Shown here: positions 38,722 through 53,551 of the stretch, piece by piece
How positions within the stretch are numbered: the stretch's first letter is position 1
How the letters are laid out: each line of letters begins with the position of its first letter
Assembly (NCBI GenBank): GCA_964016885.1
Contig: OZ024754.1
Coordinates: 42,160,001-42,224,000 of the forward strand
DNA from: Eledone cirrhosa
Lineage: Eukaryota
Direction of reading: 5' to 3'
DNA: 64,000 nucleotides
Notes under the pieces: model-generated
What the model saw: the letters and a program-made list of their open reading frames with translations, nothing else
Told to the model about the DNA's origin: nothing
Database searches by the model: none
Program-made: the position numbers and the translations under genes

Positions 38722-40381
38722 AGGTTTCTGGGTGATGAGGCATTGGTTTGGAGAGGAAGGAAACTGTGAATTTGTTATATTTCAAAGTGCACGCATGGCT
38801 GTATGGTTAAGTTTGTTTTGGGGTACCACTTGGTTTTGTGAAGTTGTATGGCTTAGGGGTTACCGTGTAGACCAGTGGTTCCCAAAGAGGGTTCCATGGA
38901 ACCCGAGAATTCCAGAAAGGAGTGTCTGGTGTTCTGTGAAGAAAGGTAGAAGAGTATATTTATATTATGACCATAGTATTAGATTTTAGGGTTCGCCCAC
39001 CCTAACTCCACTGTCCCCTGTCCTAATAATTGTTTCTACTTTTGGCACAAGGCCAGCAATTACTCCAGTGCATTACTGGTACTTTATTTTATCAACCCCG
39101 TAAGGATGAAAGGCAAAGTTAACCTCAGCGAGATTTGAACTCAGAACGTAAAGGGCTATATCTCTATGCTGGAAAGCATGGTGCCTGACATTCTACTGAT
39201 ATTGCCAATCCTCTGCCTATGATATATATATAATAGCCACTATAAAGATCTAGCTGTAGAGTAGCTATATACACCATCAACACTACATATATTTAGTTGT
39301 GAAGGGACGTAATGGGCCATAACTCTATGCTACAAAGCATGGCGTCCAACCCTCCACCGATACTGGCAATAGCCAGTATTAAGATCTAACTGTATAGTAG
39401 CTAGCTACTATACACCCTCAACACTACATTTATTTAGTTGTGAAGGGCCGTAACTCTATGTTGCAAAGTATGGCGTCCTACCCTGCACTGATTCTGGCAA
39501 TCCACATGCCACCCTAACATTAAATATAAAAGAATATAATAGCGACATACTGTACTTGGTGTTTTTATTGATCTTGTATAGATTCTTCGTTGATTTCACC
39601 AAAAACATCCTTTGATCAGTTATGCTGTATTGAAATAATACACAAAATACTTGTTAATCTGTCATTTCTACTTAATGACCACCCTAGATCAAGTATATCG
39701 ATCTCAAGTTATTGATTTAAATTAAACTAGATTTCAACGAAGCCATTGACTGGGGAAATGTTGGCAATGTTTGAAATCTGTGCACTCCAACAAAAAAATG
39801 ACTGTAATAATAATAATTGTTTCTACTTTTGGCACAAGGCCAGCAAATACCCCCAGTGTATTACTGGTACTTTATTTTATCGACCCCTTAAGGATGAAAG
39901 GCAAAGTTAACCTCGTCGGATTTGAACTCAGATCATGAATGGATGCAACTCTGTGTTGGAAAGCATGGCGTCTGACCCTCTACTGGTGGTTTTAGACACA
40001 AGGCCAACAATTTGGGGAGGGGAAGTCAATTAAATCAACCCCAGTATGTTACTGATACTTTATTTTATCGACCATGTAAGGATGAAAGACTAAGTTAATC
40101 TAAGTTAAACTTGGAATGTAAAGGGTCGTAACTTTATGCCACAAAGCATAAAGTCCAACGCTCTACCAATATTACCAATTCACTACCCTTAATGACCATA
40201 ATAATAATAATAAATCACTATAAATAATACTTGTGACAATCAAGTGAAGTTCTCTCAATTCTCTCAACTATTATTCATGTTGATCAACTATTATTATACT
40301 CACTTGTGTTGGGACACACACTTCTAATTTAAACTATAGTTTGTTGTTGTTTATAGCAGATTGTTCAACCTTTCTCACATT

Positions 40382-41001
40382 TTAACCCTTTAACATTTAC
40401 ATTACTCTATATATACTATTGTATTTTCACAGTAAAGGCTTTACCTCACATAATATCTCCCATAACATTTACATCACTATATATACTATTGTATTTTCAC
40501 AGTAAAGGCTTTACCTCACATAATATCTCACATAACATTTACATTACTCTATATATACTATTGTATTTTCACAGTAAAGGCTTTACCTCACATAATATCT
40601 CCCATAACATTTACATCACTATATATACTATTGTATTTTCACAGTAAAGGCTTTACCTCACATAATATCTCACATAACATTTACATTACTCTATATATAC
40701 TATTGTATTTTCACAGTAAAGGCTTTACCTCACATAATATCTCACATAACATTTACATTACTCTATATATACTATTGTATTTTCACAGTAAAGGCTTTAC
40801 CTCACATATCTCACATAACATTTACATTACTCTATATATACTATTGTATTTTCATGGTAAAGGCTTTATCTTACATAATATTGAACCTATGAGATTTTGA
40901 TATTATTTATTTTGAGAACAATACCTTAACATCAGTATAAGCAGCCAGTGAGGTGAGAGAATTTTGGCTGGGTATGGCTGGTTTAAATGCTAAAGGGTTA
41001 A
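40382..41001. mobile_element. piggyBac-like MITE with a 70/72-bp subterminal segment amplified about 7 times
   Basis: TTAA TSDs and TIRs as in the 31742 copy. Tandem taacatttacattactctatatatactattgtattttcacagtaaaggc... at 40391-40875. Confidence 0.85.
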
Positions 41002-41844
41002 TATCAAAGTTATGTTCCAAACAACCAATAATGAGAAATTTAGTTATTTTGTTAAATCACTTCAAATTCTTGATTATTAAAAAATAAAAAATATTTGCAA
41101 ATTAGTGTCGTTAATTAGAAAATATGGTAATGAGGGGGTTAACTATTAGCTGTTATACCACTTTCATTATTATCATCACTTGTCTATGTCACTGTCATTA
41201 TCATCATCATCATGGTGATTGTGGTGGTGGTGATGGTAATGATGGTGGTGATGATGGTGGTGGTGAAAGTGATGATGATGGTAATGGTTGTGGTGATGGT
41301 AATGATGGTGGTGGTGATGATGGTGATAATGGTGGCTACCCAGCTACAGCTGTAACATACATTTGACCTCCATCTATTTTGGCCTCACATCAAATATTTT
41401 ACTTTTTGTTTTTATTTCATTTTATTTATTTATTTATTTATTTATTTAAAGTTCTTATCTGAAGTTCATTTCATTTAGGAATTCTACCCCCCCCCCTCTC
41501 ACTCTTTCTCTCTCACTCTCACTCCCTCTTTCTCTCTCTCACTCACTCAGTCTCACTCTCTCTCTCACTCACTCAGTCTCACTTTCTCTATCCATCTCTC
41601 TCTCTCTCTCTCTCTCCTCCCTAAACTATTCCATGGAATATCCAATTTTACGTAATCAATGCAACCACCATACACACAATTCCCCCTCCTCCTCTCCCCC
41701 CTCCTCCTCGTCCCCCCTCCTCCTCACCTTCCTCCTCCTCACCTTCCTCCTCCTCATCATCATCATCCCCCCCCCCTCTTATCAACTACATTTTACTGGT
41801 GGTTAATGAATGAATGTTCAATTTAACACCAACTGTGTGGGTTT

Positions 41845-42640
41845 GGTTGAGAGAGAGTGATAAGGGAGAGTGGAGTATTGGATGTGAGTGGGAGGAGAGG
41901 GAGGGTTGAGAGAGTGGAGTATTGGATGTGAGTGGGAGGAGAGGGAGGGTTGAGAGAGTGGAGCATTAGATGTGAGTGGGAGGAGAGGGCGGGTTGAGAG
42001 AGTGGAGTATTGGATGTGAGTGGGAGGAGAGGGAGGGTTGAGAGAGTGGAGTATTGGATGTGAGTGGGAGGAGAGGGAGGGTTGAGAGTGGAGTATTAGA
42101 TGTGTGTGGGAGGAGAGGGAGGGTTGAGAGTGGAGTATTGGATGTGAGTGGGAGGAGAGGGAGGGTTGAGAGAGTGGAGTATTAGATGTGAGTGGGAGGA
42201 GAGGGAGGGTTGAGAGAGTGGAGCATTAGATGTGGGAGGAGAGGGAGGGTTGAGAGAGTGGAGCATTAGATGTGAGTGGGAGGAGAGGGAGGGTTGAGAG
42301 AGTGGAGTATTAGATGTGAGTGGGAGGAGAGGGAGGGTTGAGAGAGTGGAGCATTAGATGTGGGAGGAGAGGGAGGGTTGAGAGAGTGGAGCATTAGATG
42401 TGAGTGGGAGGAGAGGGAGGGTTGAGAGAGTGGAGCATTAGATGTGAGTGGGAGGAGAGTTAAGAAGAGAGTGTGGAGCATTAGATGTGAGTGGGAGGAG
42501 AGGGAGGGTTGAGAGAGTGGAGTATTAGATGTGAGTGGGAGGAGAGGGAGGGTTGAGAGAGTGGAGTATTGGATGTGAGTGGGAGGAGAGGGAGGGTTGA
42601 GAGAGTGGAGTATTAGATGTGAGTGGGAGGAGAGTTGAGA
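41845..42640. repeat. 44-bp purine-rich satellite, about 18 copies
   Basis: Unit gagagagtggagtattggatgtgagtgggaggagagggagggtt. Confidence 0.92.
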
Positions 42641-43204
42641 AGAGAGAGTGGAGCATTAGAAGTGAGTGAGGGTTGAGAAGAGAGAGGGAGATGTGTTAGA
42701 AGTGAGAGGGAGTTGAAAGGGAGAGTGGTCAAGAGTGTAGGAGGGAGAGTGGGAGAATTGAAAAGAGGGAAGGAGAGTTGGGAAGAGTGAGATAGAGTAT
42801 GTGAGAGAGTGACCAAGAGTAAGTGGGAGGGTGTGAGAGAGGGGAAATGGCTGCAAGACGGTGATGATGACGACGATGATGATGATGGGAGAGAAAAAGA
42901 GAGTAAATTTAGTTTGAAAGTCAAAATGAGTGAGTTGGGTGGTTGGGGGAGGGGGTTAAGGTCATGAATGGCTCTCATGGTATCATGGTACCTCTGTTAT
43001 CATGTGAGACAGCAATCTCACCACTTCCAGTCTTTCTTGAGGAAATGAAAGGTACCAAGAAAGGTTTGGTTGTCTTTGCAACTGGAATTGGTTTTGGTGT
43101 TTCTTTCCTGTTGATAGTTTGAAATTATCTCTGCAACATTTCGATATTCTTGGAATATAATTGTTGTATTTGGATCGATGCTTGTAAATATATATATATA
43201 TATA

Positions 43205-43533
43205 CATGGCTTAGTGGTTAGAGCATTGGTCTTGCAATCGAAAGGTTGTGAGTTCAATTCTCAGATCGGGTGATGTGTTGTTTCCTTGAGCAAGACACTT
43301 TATTTCACATTGCTCCAGTTTACTCATCTGTAGAAATGAGATGATAGGGACTGGGGTCCCTATCATTCCACTGCAAAGTGGTCGTGGAGGTGCCACCGCA
43401 AAAAAGCACCCAGCACTCACTGTAAATGAGGTTGGTGTTAGGAAGGGCATCCAGGTGTAGAAATCAAGCCAGAACCAGTTCCCGTCCCACCCTTGCAAGC
43501 AGGAGAAAGCGGGCGTAAAATGATGATGATGAT
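43205..43533 (+). mobile_element. Full-length unexpanded tRNA-CORE-Meta composite SINE (about 330 bp)
   Basis: Near-identical head and tail to the 37312 copy, with a single copy of the internal segment. Confidence 0.88.
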
Positions 43534-44623
43534 ATATAGTAGTGGAACACTGGAAGGTAATATCCGTAGTGGTAGAGCACTCAGTCCATGGGACGAGTTA
43601 GGTAGAAGTGGTTACACAACAGTTAGTTCACCATACCGAGAACAATTGTTTCACCTTAGCGGATTTATATATATATAAATGCACCAGTTCAGAACTAGCT
43701 GTCGAAACGGCCGGAGCTCAGCCGTCGGGGTCCTGACTCTCTTCCTATATATATAAGTATAGCTATATATAAATATATACATATATCATCATCATCATTT
43801 AACGTCTATCTTCTATGCTAGCATGGGTTAGATGGGAATTATCCCACTTGAGACAAGATTAGTCGGGTGACTGTGTTCTCATTCGTATAGAACTATCTGG
43901 CAGGTTTTCAATGGCTGGATGCCCTTCCTAACACCAACCACATTTACAGTGTGGACTGGGAGCCTTTTTACCATGTCTCCTACACAACCACATTACAGCC
44001 TGGACTGGATATATATATATATATATACCCTTGCAAGCAGGGAATAGTGGACGTAAAATGATGATGATATATATGGTGGGTAATAATAAATATTACCCAG
44101 TTACAAGTATGAAAATAGCTCAATGTAAAATAACAAGTATAATACAGAGCAGAAATACAATGTAAATGACAATCAAAAGTGTTTAAACTTTCAAACATTT
44201 AATCACTGATGATCGTTTCATCCTCGCACAAGGTCAGAATTATCACTCACAGAAAACATTTAACAGGGAGAAACATTTCAAACTACTTTTCCTTAACAAA
44301 TTTCAATTAATGAGAACAAGAAATTTGATATTTGGCTTACTACTTATGTACTTTAATTCTTTTATAGGCTTCTGTTGTTATTTATAACCATCAGGGAAGT
44401 GGATAACAGAGTATGGCAGCGTTTATCTCGGCTCTTTATGTTCTAAGTTTAAATCACACTGAAGTCAACTTTGCCTTTCATCCTTTCAGGGGTTGATATA
44501 GTTGGCTTTTCCCTTCCCCAAACTTGCTGGCCTTGTTCCAATATTAGAAAGAAGATTATTATCTACTATGACGCTATCTGCTGTTTATGTTGTTGGAAAG
44601 CACACATTAGTTTTCACTGAGGA

Positions 44624-44855
44624 TTAACCCTTTAGTTACCAATCCAGCCAAAACCATCTCTGGGTCTACAAAATAAAATCACACATTTTAAAGGTTTCAA
44701 ATTTATATTAAAATTTTCCTACATAATTTTGTATAAGAACCTTACATTAAGTTACTAAGTAATGAAATAATTAATAATTTTAATAAGTCCCTCAAAATTC
44801 TTCATTAATTAATTGAAATAGAGTGTATTTCATTAGGTGGACATGAAAGGGTTAA
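44624..44855. mobile_element. Second piggyBac-like MITE family, degenerate
   Basis: TTAA-CCCTTT...AAAGGG-TTAA. Similar ends near 7512, 22915 and 62102. Confidence 0.55.
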
Positions 44856-45081
44856 ATATAGTACTGGAGTTAGAAACTGAATGTTTCTAAAGTGACTAAG
44901 ACTTGTTGATATGTCAAAATCTGGTATGTTATGCATATTTCACTTGACAGATGACAAGCTCTATTGATCTTGCATGTTCCACACAATGTTATATCTGAAT
45001 CAGTTATACCTTCAACTTGGTGAGTCACTCCCATTATCTGAGCACTTTTGATACCAATCCACCTGAGACTGACTCAGGTTC

Positions 45082-45622
45082 AATGATACAAAACTGTTTA
45101 TTTAAAAATATAATTCTCTAAAACCCATCCATTATGATTTTATATAAGAACTGTTAAGTTATGTTCCAAACACTCCTGGTTTAATGATACAAAACTGTTT
45201 ATTTAAAAATATAATTCTCTAAAACCCATCCATTATGATTTTATATAAGAACTGCTGTTAAGTTATGTTCCAAACACTCCTGGCTCAATGATACAAAACT
45301 CATTATTTAAAAATATGATTCTCTAAAACCCATCCATTATGATTTTATATAAGAACTGCTGTTAAGTTATGTTCCAAACACTCCTGGTTTAATGATACAA
45401 AACTGTTTATTTAAAAATATAATTCTCTAAAACCCATCCATTATGATTTTATATAAGAACTGCTGTTAAGTTATGTTCCAAACACTCCTGGTTTAATGAT
45501 ACAAAACTGTTTATTTAAAAATATGATTCTCTAAAACCCATCCATTATGATTTTATATAAGAACTGCTGTTAAGTTATGTTCCAAACACTCCTGGTTTAA
45601 TGATACAAAAACTATTTATTTT
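45082..45622. repeat. Tandem repeat of about 104 bp, about 5 copies
   Basis: Unit aatgatacaaaactgtttatttaaaaatataattctctaaaacccatcc...gttccaaacactcctggttt. Confidence 0.92.
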
Positions 45623-46214
45623 AACTCTTTGGCATTTAAACTGGCCGTAACCGGGCAGACCTCTCTTGCCTCTTCCTGTTCAAACCGGCTATAACTGGCT
45701 GCTCATACCTATAGTAAGGTATTATTCTCAAAATAAACACCATCAAAATCTCTGGTTCATAGAACCAATGACGGTCTTTGACAAACTGGCATGTACATTT
45801 CTAAAAATGCACTCAATATTTTAGTAAAGATTCCATCATTGAAAATATCGGTGTGGCTGTACAGGCACTTCTCACATGCCTATTGTTGTGAAGTCGTCTC
45901 TTTTTCATACCCTTATTCACAAACATCCCCCCTCTTATCTCTCTTCTTCCTTTTTCATCTAGATGTGATCAAAATAATTTCCTGTCAGGTGTGAGTCTAT
46001 GTATATATATATACATATATACACACACAGACATACACTGACACCTATATATATTTCATAACTAACCTTGTTGTTACAACAACAGTTGATTGTCCACATC
46101 CTTACTATGACCTTATGGTTAGTTTAGGTGACCTTGTTTCAGTAAAAATTGTATAACTCTATTATCTTTGACATATGTGTGGGGGAGCTCTAACTTTTAC
46201 ATAGGAAGGAAGAA

Positions 46215-46250
<36 letters not shown>

Positions 46251-46370
46251 CAGGACCCCAACAGCTGAGCTCCTGCCTTTATATTGAAAAAAAAAAGTGC
46301 AGCTGTTTGAAAATGTTCTATACAGATCACGTTATATAAGGAAAATGATTATAAAAAAAGGAGGGATATA

Positions 46371-46428
<58 letters not shown>

Positions 46429-46854
46429 GATCTTTATAACATGTACAAAAATTGATGTTTAGCAAAGCTTGCTTTCTCCATGCTGGATTATCAAAACATA
46501 TATATATAATTTGGAATGGGTGTGTCTTAATGCAAATGACCATAATAATAGCTAATCACTATAAATAGTTGTGAAAATCAAGTAATCACTCTTGGAGGTG
46601 GAAAAGAACTGGCATCTTTTGGATGCTGGACAAGTGTGTTAACCACTAGACTAAACAGTTACTGGTCACCAGTTCTGTCTTTTTAGATTTAAAGTCTGTA
46701 GCTAGAAGTGTAAACAAAGTGGTTTATAGGGATCAACTATTATTATGTTTATTTACATTGGAACGCCTGCATTTCAAATTCCCTCGATGCTTCTTAAGTC
46801 AACCACTGTGTTTATAATTGCAACTATAATCAAACAGCCTAACCACTAAGCTAC

Positions 46855-47946
<1,092 letters not shown>

Positions 47947-48083
47947 TTATTTCTATCTTGTTATAACCTGTTTACACGGCCAAAACCCACTTTGTAACGT
48001 CCTGTACCGTTCTGTGCCGTCTCTAATGTTTTTCTTCATGTTAGCCCTTGTGGCCAATAAAGAAACCATTATTATTATTATTA
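47947..48083 (+). mobile_element. 3' end fragment of an L1/Tx1-like LINE with (ATT)n tail
   Basis: The end gcccttgtggccAATAAAgaaac closely matches the 3' end of the 34165-34719 element (gcccctgtggctAATAAAgaaac). Confidence 0.5.
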
Positions 48084-48278
48084 TCTTTATTTCTTTGACA
48101 GTGTCATGAAAGTTTCTACTGTCTCACCTGGTTCACTTCCTAGTTCTTGAAGTGTGTGCAGCATTGTGTGTGTTGTTGGGTGGGGTATGTGGGTATAGAC
48201 TCCACCCGTTAGCGTCCTGCGTTGATCTTGTTTTGTTCTGAAGCTTAGCTTGTTATTTCTAGTGTTTCTTTTGTTGTG

Positions 48279-48475
48279 TGTTTTATATTAGGGTGTGTTG
48301 TGTGTGTACTGTTGGTTGTGTTGTTTTATATTAGGGTGTGTGTACTGTTGGTTGTGTTATTTTATATTAGGGTGTGTGTACTGTTAGTTGTGTTATTTTA
48401 TATTAGGGTGTGTGTACTGTTGGTTGTGTTGTTTTATATTAGGGTGTGTGTACTGTTGGTTGTGTTATTTTATTA
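48279..48475. repeat. 36-bp minisatellite, about 5 copies
   Basis: Unit ttttatattagggtgtgtgtactgttggttgtgtt(g/a). Confidence 0.88.
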
Positions 48476-48493
48476 GCTGTTTATTGTATAGGG

Positions 48494-48782
48494 CAGTCAT
48501 GGGCAACCTGAGGCCTGCGAAGCTTTCTCAATGGCTCGCCTAAGTCACCTAAGTGAAATCTTTATGATTTTTTTTTACCCCAACTTTTCAGTTATAATTT
48601 AACTTTCTATAATTTTTACGATCGAGGAAAACATGTACGAATTCTGAAGAAACAAATCAAAGCAACCTGAGTTACCGCTCCTTTTTTTTTAATGTGAGCA
48701 CAAATGTAAATTAGGGCGTGCGGTCTGCCTGATGAGCCATATCTCATGCGGCCCGCTTCTCGAAAAAAGTTGCCCATGGCTG
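48494..48782. mobile_element. hAT-superfamily MITE with 8-bp TSD
   Basis: TIRs cagtcatgggcaac / gttgcccatggctg. TSD gtataggg at 48486-48493 and 48783-48790. Subterminal gcggccc-type motifs. Confidence 0.9.
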
Positions 48783-48963
48783 GTATAGGGTGTGTTGTGT
48801 GTGTGAAGATTGTTCTGGTTCAATTGTGTTCTTGAGTTAATGTCTTGCATAAGGAGTCAGCTGTGCCCAGTAGAGCTATCTTTTGGATAGTATGTAGTGT
48901 AGTGAGCCCTGCTATGGTTTCTATGTTTTTGTCCATATTTTTTTAACCATAACTAATACACCA

Positions 48964-49149
48964 TGGCAGTTTCGGTAGAGGGTCGGACACCATACTTTGA
49001 CGCATAGAGTTACGGCCCTTTATGTTCTGAGTTCAAATCCCGCCGAGGTTAACTTTGCCTTTCATCCTTATTGGGTCGATAAAATAAAGCACCAGTAATG
49101 CACTGGGGTAATTGCTGGCCTTATGCCAAAGGTAGAAACAATTATTATT
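48964..49149 (+). mobile_element. Nin-domain SINE
   Basis: A-box tggcagtttcggtag, B-box gagttcaaatccc, Nin-like core and (ATT)n tail. Confidence 0.82.
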
Positions 49150-50355
49150 AGCACTTTTTTTACTGTCATCCTCCACATCTTCACATTTGACATTTTTTTC
49201 CATTTCCTTTCGACCAATTCTCATCAGAAGGGATCACAATATCTATCAGTGTACATGTATTTTTTTCCAAGGACTTAAATTTTTAATGTGAATCTTTGCT
49301 GCATTGTCAAAATATCCAAAGCAGTGGAATGGGTTGTATAGGGTTAAGACCTAAGTTTGGTGGAGATGAGTGTGGACTGTGAAGTGGAAAATGCAGGCTT
49401 GATAATTTTTTTTTTTTTTTTTTTTAAAGGGTACATTACTTGTAGGAAGGGGTTGCATGTGGTAAAGCTAGCCAAGAGTGCTAAATAGCTAGGTGCTGGT
49501 TCCACATTTAGGGTTTCTGTAGCACTTGTTACTTTCAATAGTCATTTGGGTGAATAATAGTTTTGATGTGTAACTGTAGTTGAAACAGTTACCAGTATGA
49601 GACCAACCTATCACTGTTATCATCAATAGTTCTGATGTGTAACTGTAAACACAGTCACCAGTATGTGACTATATGACCAACCTTTCACTAATCTGCACTT
49701 TAACTCCCCTCCCCACCCATTGGGTTCTACTCAGAACATGCTATTGAATTTTCTGTCAACTGTTTGCTCTCTATATTAAACAAAGCCACTTCTGCTATTG
49801 GTGTCAACCTTCTGAAAGTCATGACCCCTAACTAAGCACCCTACTCACTCACCTCAGCTGGCAGGCTTTCCTTAAAGAAAAAAAAACAATTGTTCAATTA
49901 ATTCCACAATGTGAACAAGTTCAGTTGTAGTTGAGATTATTTTTCTTTGATAAAGTCTTTTTATATATGCCACCCCTCCTTCATTATAACAGTTAACTCT
50001 CTCTCTCTCTCTCTCTCTTTCTCATTAAAATAAAACTTGGAATATTTACAAACTCCACAGTTACACTGTCTAATACCAACTATTTCATTATACAATAACA
50101 AAGCTGTCTCTATGTAGTTAGATAGATCTCTATTAGCAGCAGAACTAACATAGTAATAATGTCTCCCTCTGTCATAATGTCCCCTCTGTGATAAGTGTCC
50201 CCTCTGTGATAAGTGTCCCTCTCTGGGATAATGTCCCCTTCTATGATAAGTGTCCCCCTCTGGGATACTGTCCACTTCTATGATAATGTCCCCCTCTGGG
50301 ATAATGTCCCCCTCTGTGATAATGTCCCCTTCTGTGATAATGTTCCCCTCTATAT

Positions 50356-50535
50356 ATAATTGTTTCTACTTTTGGCACAAGGCCAGCAATTACCCAGTGC
50401 ATTACTGGTACTTTATTTTATCGTCCCCTTAAGGATGAAAGGCAAAGTTAACCTCGGCTGGATTTGAACTCAGACCTTAAAGGGACGTAACTCTATGCTG
50501 CAAATGAGGGTGTCTGTCTTTCTACCGATAATGCC
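50356..50535 (-). mobile_element. Nin-domain SINE
   Basis: Reverse complement of the 48964 family. Confidence 0.8.
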
Positions 50536-51057
50536 CCCCCCCCCCTCTGATAATGTTCTAGTTTCACTTATAAGGAAACAGATATATTATCACTCATTTC
50601 TTTGACTGTAAAACTACTGATTATTTTGGATGAAGGTTAGCTTAATGTAATGACTACATTATGTAGTCCCCTCCCCCCTCACTATCTAAAGTTACCACAT
50701 TAAGTACCCTCCCACCCTCAATAAAGACCTCACTATCTCAAGTTACCACATTAAGTACCCTCCCCCTTCAATAAAGACCTCACTATCTAAAGTTAATTAC
50801 CCCATAATGTAGCCCCCAACAGCAATAAAAACTTCACTATCTGAAGAAACTAGTTACTAAAATCTCCATTTGTTTTAGATCTCATTAAGCTGTTATACTT
50901 CGTTAAATATTTGATTGGTCATATATGATCTGCTAATTAAAATAGAATCTGGCCTCTTTAGAGGATTACTTTTAATACTAAAATTGCTTTGGTGATTGTT
51001 TATCATTGCGCTCAAATAGCCCCCCACCCACCCCTCTCATGAGAGTATTTTATCATA

Positions 51058-51590
51058 ACACCAGCACTACCATCCTTACATGGTTGACTGTGCATTTTAT
51101 TGTAGCACCAACGTTACTACTTTATAGGGTGGGCTGAGGGCATTTTATTGTAGCACCAGCACTACCACTTTATAGGGTGGGCTGAGGGCATGTTATTGTA
51201 GCACCAGCACTACCACTTTATAGGGTGGGCTGAGGGCATGTTATTGTAGCACCAGCATTACCACTTTATAGGGTGGGCTGAGGGCATTTTATTGTAGCAC
51301 CAGCACTACCACTTTATAGGGTGGGCTGAGGGCATGTTATTGTAGCACCAGCACTACCACTTTATAGGGTGGGCTGAGGGCATTTTATTGTAGCACCAGC
51401 ACTACCACTTTATAGGGTGGGCTGAGGGCATTTTATTGTAGCACCAGCACTACCACTTTATAGGGTGGGCTGAGGGCATGTTATTGTAGCACCAACGTTA
51501 CCACTTTATAGGGTGGGCTGAGGGCATTTTATTGTAGCACCAGCATTACCACTTTATAGGGTGGGCTGAGGGCATTTTATTGTAGCACCT
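51058..51590. repeat. 48-bp minisatellite, about 11 copies, derived from the Meta-SINE internal segment
   Basis: Unit accactttatagggtgggctgagggcattttattgtagcaccagcact aligns by eye with the 27150-27740 unit. Confidence 0.85.
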
Positions 51591-52412
51591 GCGCAATGTT
51601 ATTACAGCAGTAGAGTACTCGATGTGTCCTTGGTCAAACTGGGAAGGTGTTGATATGGGGAGGGGCATATCTCTCCTTGAGAGAGGAACTGTAGTATCAT
51701 GGGAGTAGCCTAGAAGCAAGTTAGTGATATTGTGTTAGAAATACAGCAACAAAAGAGTTAAGGTGTGCATAGTGGGAGTTCTTCATGTATGAGTAATCTG
51801 GTTATCTGGTTCCTCCAACCACACAGTTAACAGGCCACCTGTGAGTAATAGAGAATAAAATATTAGAGAGCGTAAATAGAGCATATATATATATATAGAT
51901 GTTTTGTTTGTTAGCAGCTGTTGAACCAAAGGTATTGTTTTCACTGTCACCTTTTAGGTCAGAGTACCCAGAAGTTTTTCTCTGACTTAACAAGAACTGT
52001 TTCTACTTTTGGCACAAGGCCAGCAATTATCTCAGTGTATTACTGGTACTTCATTTTATTGACCCCCGTAAGGATGAAAGGCAAAGTTAACCTCGGTGGG
52101 ATATGATCTCAGTCGGTAAAGAGCTGCAACTCTATGCTGCAAAGCTATTACTAAACTATTGATGATAACAGTGATAGGTTGGTCATATATTCACATACTG
52201 GTGACTGTATTTACAGTTACACATCTGATCCTCTACCGATACTGCCAATCCATTGCCTCCTCTCACCTATCAATGAAATCTACTCTGTCTCCTCAATAAA
52301 TCTTTTTCAACCATCAAAGGAGTTCAAGTCTTTGGTCTCAGTTCTTCCTAGTTCCTCGACTTCATCATTATGCTCACATGGGTCAGATGTGATCTTTTAT
52401 GGATGGTTTTTC

Positions 52413-52861
52413 TACAACTGCTGGCGCTCCCTGACACAAACACATACATTGTGCCATATACAACTGCTGGCTCTCCCTGACACAAACACATACATTGTGC
52501 CATATACAACTGCTGGCTCTCCCTGACACAAACACATACATTGTGCCATATACAACTGCTGGCTCTCCCTGACACAAACACATACGTTGTGCCATATACA
52601 ACTGCTGGCTCTCCCTGACACAAACACATACATTGTGCCATATACAACTGCTGGCTCTCCCTGACACAAACACATACATTGTGCCATATACAACTGCTGG
52701 CTCTCCCTGACACAAACACATACATTGTGCCATATACAACTGCTGGCTCTCCCTGACACAAACACATACATTGTGCCATATACAACTGCTGGCTCTCCCT
52801 GACACAAACACATACATTGTGCCATATACAACTGCTGGCTCTCCCTGACACAAACACATAC
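52413..52861. repeat. 46-bp minisatellite, about 9.7 copies
   Basis: Unit tacaactgctggctctccctgacacaaacacatacattgtgccata. Confidence 0.95.
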
Positions 52862-53518
52862 TGTATTTTAAGTGGAGTGGGGGTGGAAGAGAGTGTGTGG
52901 TGTGGCAGAGTGCGGTGTGTGGTATGGCAGTATGGTGTGGTGTGTGTGGTATGGCAGTATGATGTGGTGTGTGTGGTATAGCAGAGAATGTGGTGTGGTG
53001 TGTGTGGTATGGAAGAGAGTGTGGTGTGGTGTATGTGGTATGGCAGTATGGTGAGGTGTGTGTGGTATGGCAGAGAATGTGGTGTGGTGTGTGTGGTATG
53101 GAAGAGAGAGTGTGTGGTGTGGTATGGCAGAGAGAGTGGTGTATATACAGAGTATCTGATAAGATCTAAAACAATTGATTAGTTAAAATGTCATCTAGAC
53201 CCACCCTGTCTCTAAAGACCTAAACAGTTCTGCTATGAATGAATAAATATCCAAGCTGTTGTTTATTCCTATTTAATCAATCAATTTTATTTATCTCACC
53301 CAAATGTGATAACCCATTGGCTTGTGTTTATCCTAATCAATAACTGTATAGCCCCATTAACTAAGTACTTATAAGTAATTTATTTTAATGTCTGCTGTTA
53401 TTACAGCTCACATAATGTTCCATCTTTGAACTGGAGTCCTTCTCACTCTCTTATTAGAGAGTCTTTATTAGAGATTCTTTATTAACTTCGGCATTTCCGA
53501 TTCTTAGCATCTTTACAG

Positions 53519-53551
53519 CTTGTCTTTTCGACATCGATTCTGAAATGTCAG
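53519..53551 (+). CDS. Candidate 33-nt cassette micro-exon of the Ena gene (SCLFDIDSEMS)
   Basis: Branch-like TTAAC near 53482, acceptor ctttacAG and donor CAG|GTGGGT. Phase 1-1 and stop-free in the frame left by the 47338-47503 exon. No homology support. Confidence 0.3.

Noticed and set aside
44195-44245. Second hammerhead-like motif (ctgatga on plus, gaaacgatc on minus)
   Set aside because: The core boxes and stems do not assemble on a single strand.
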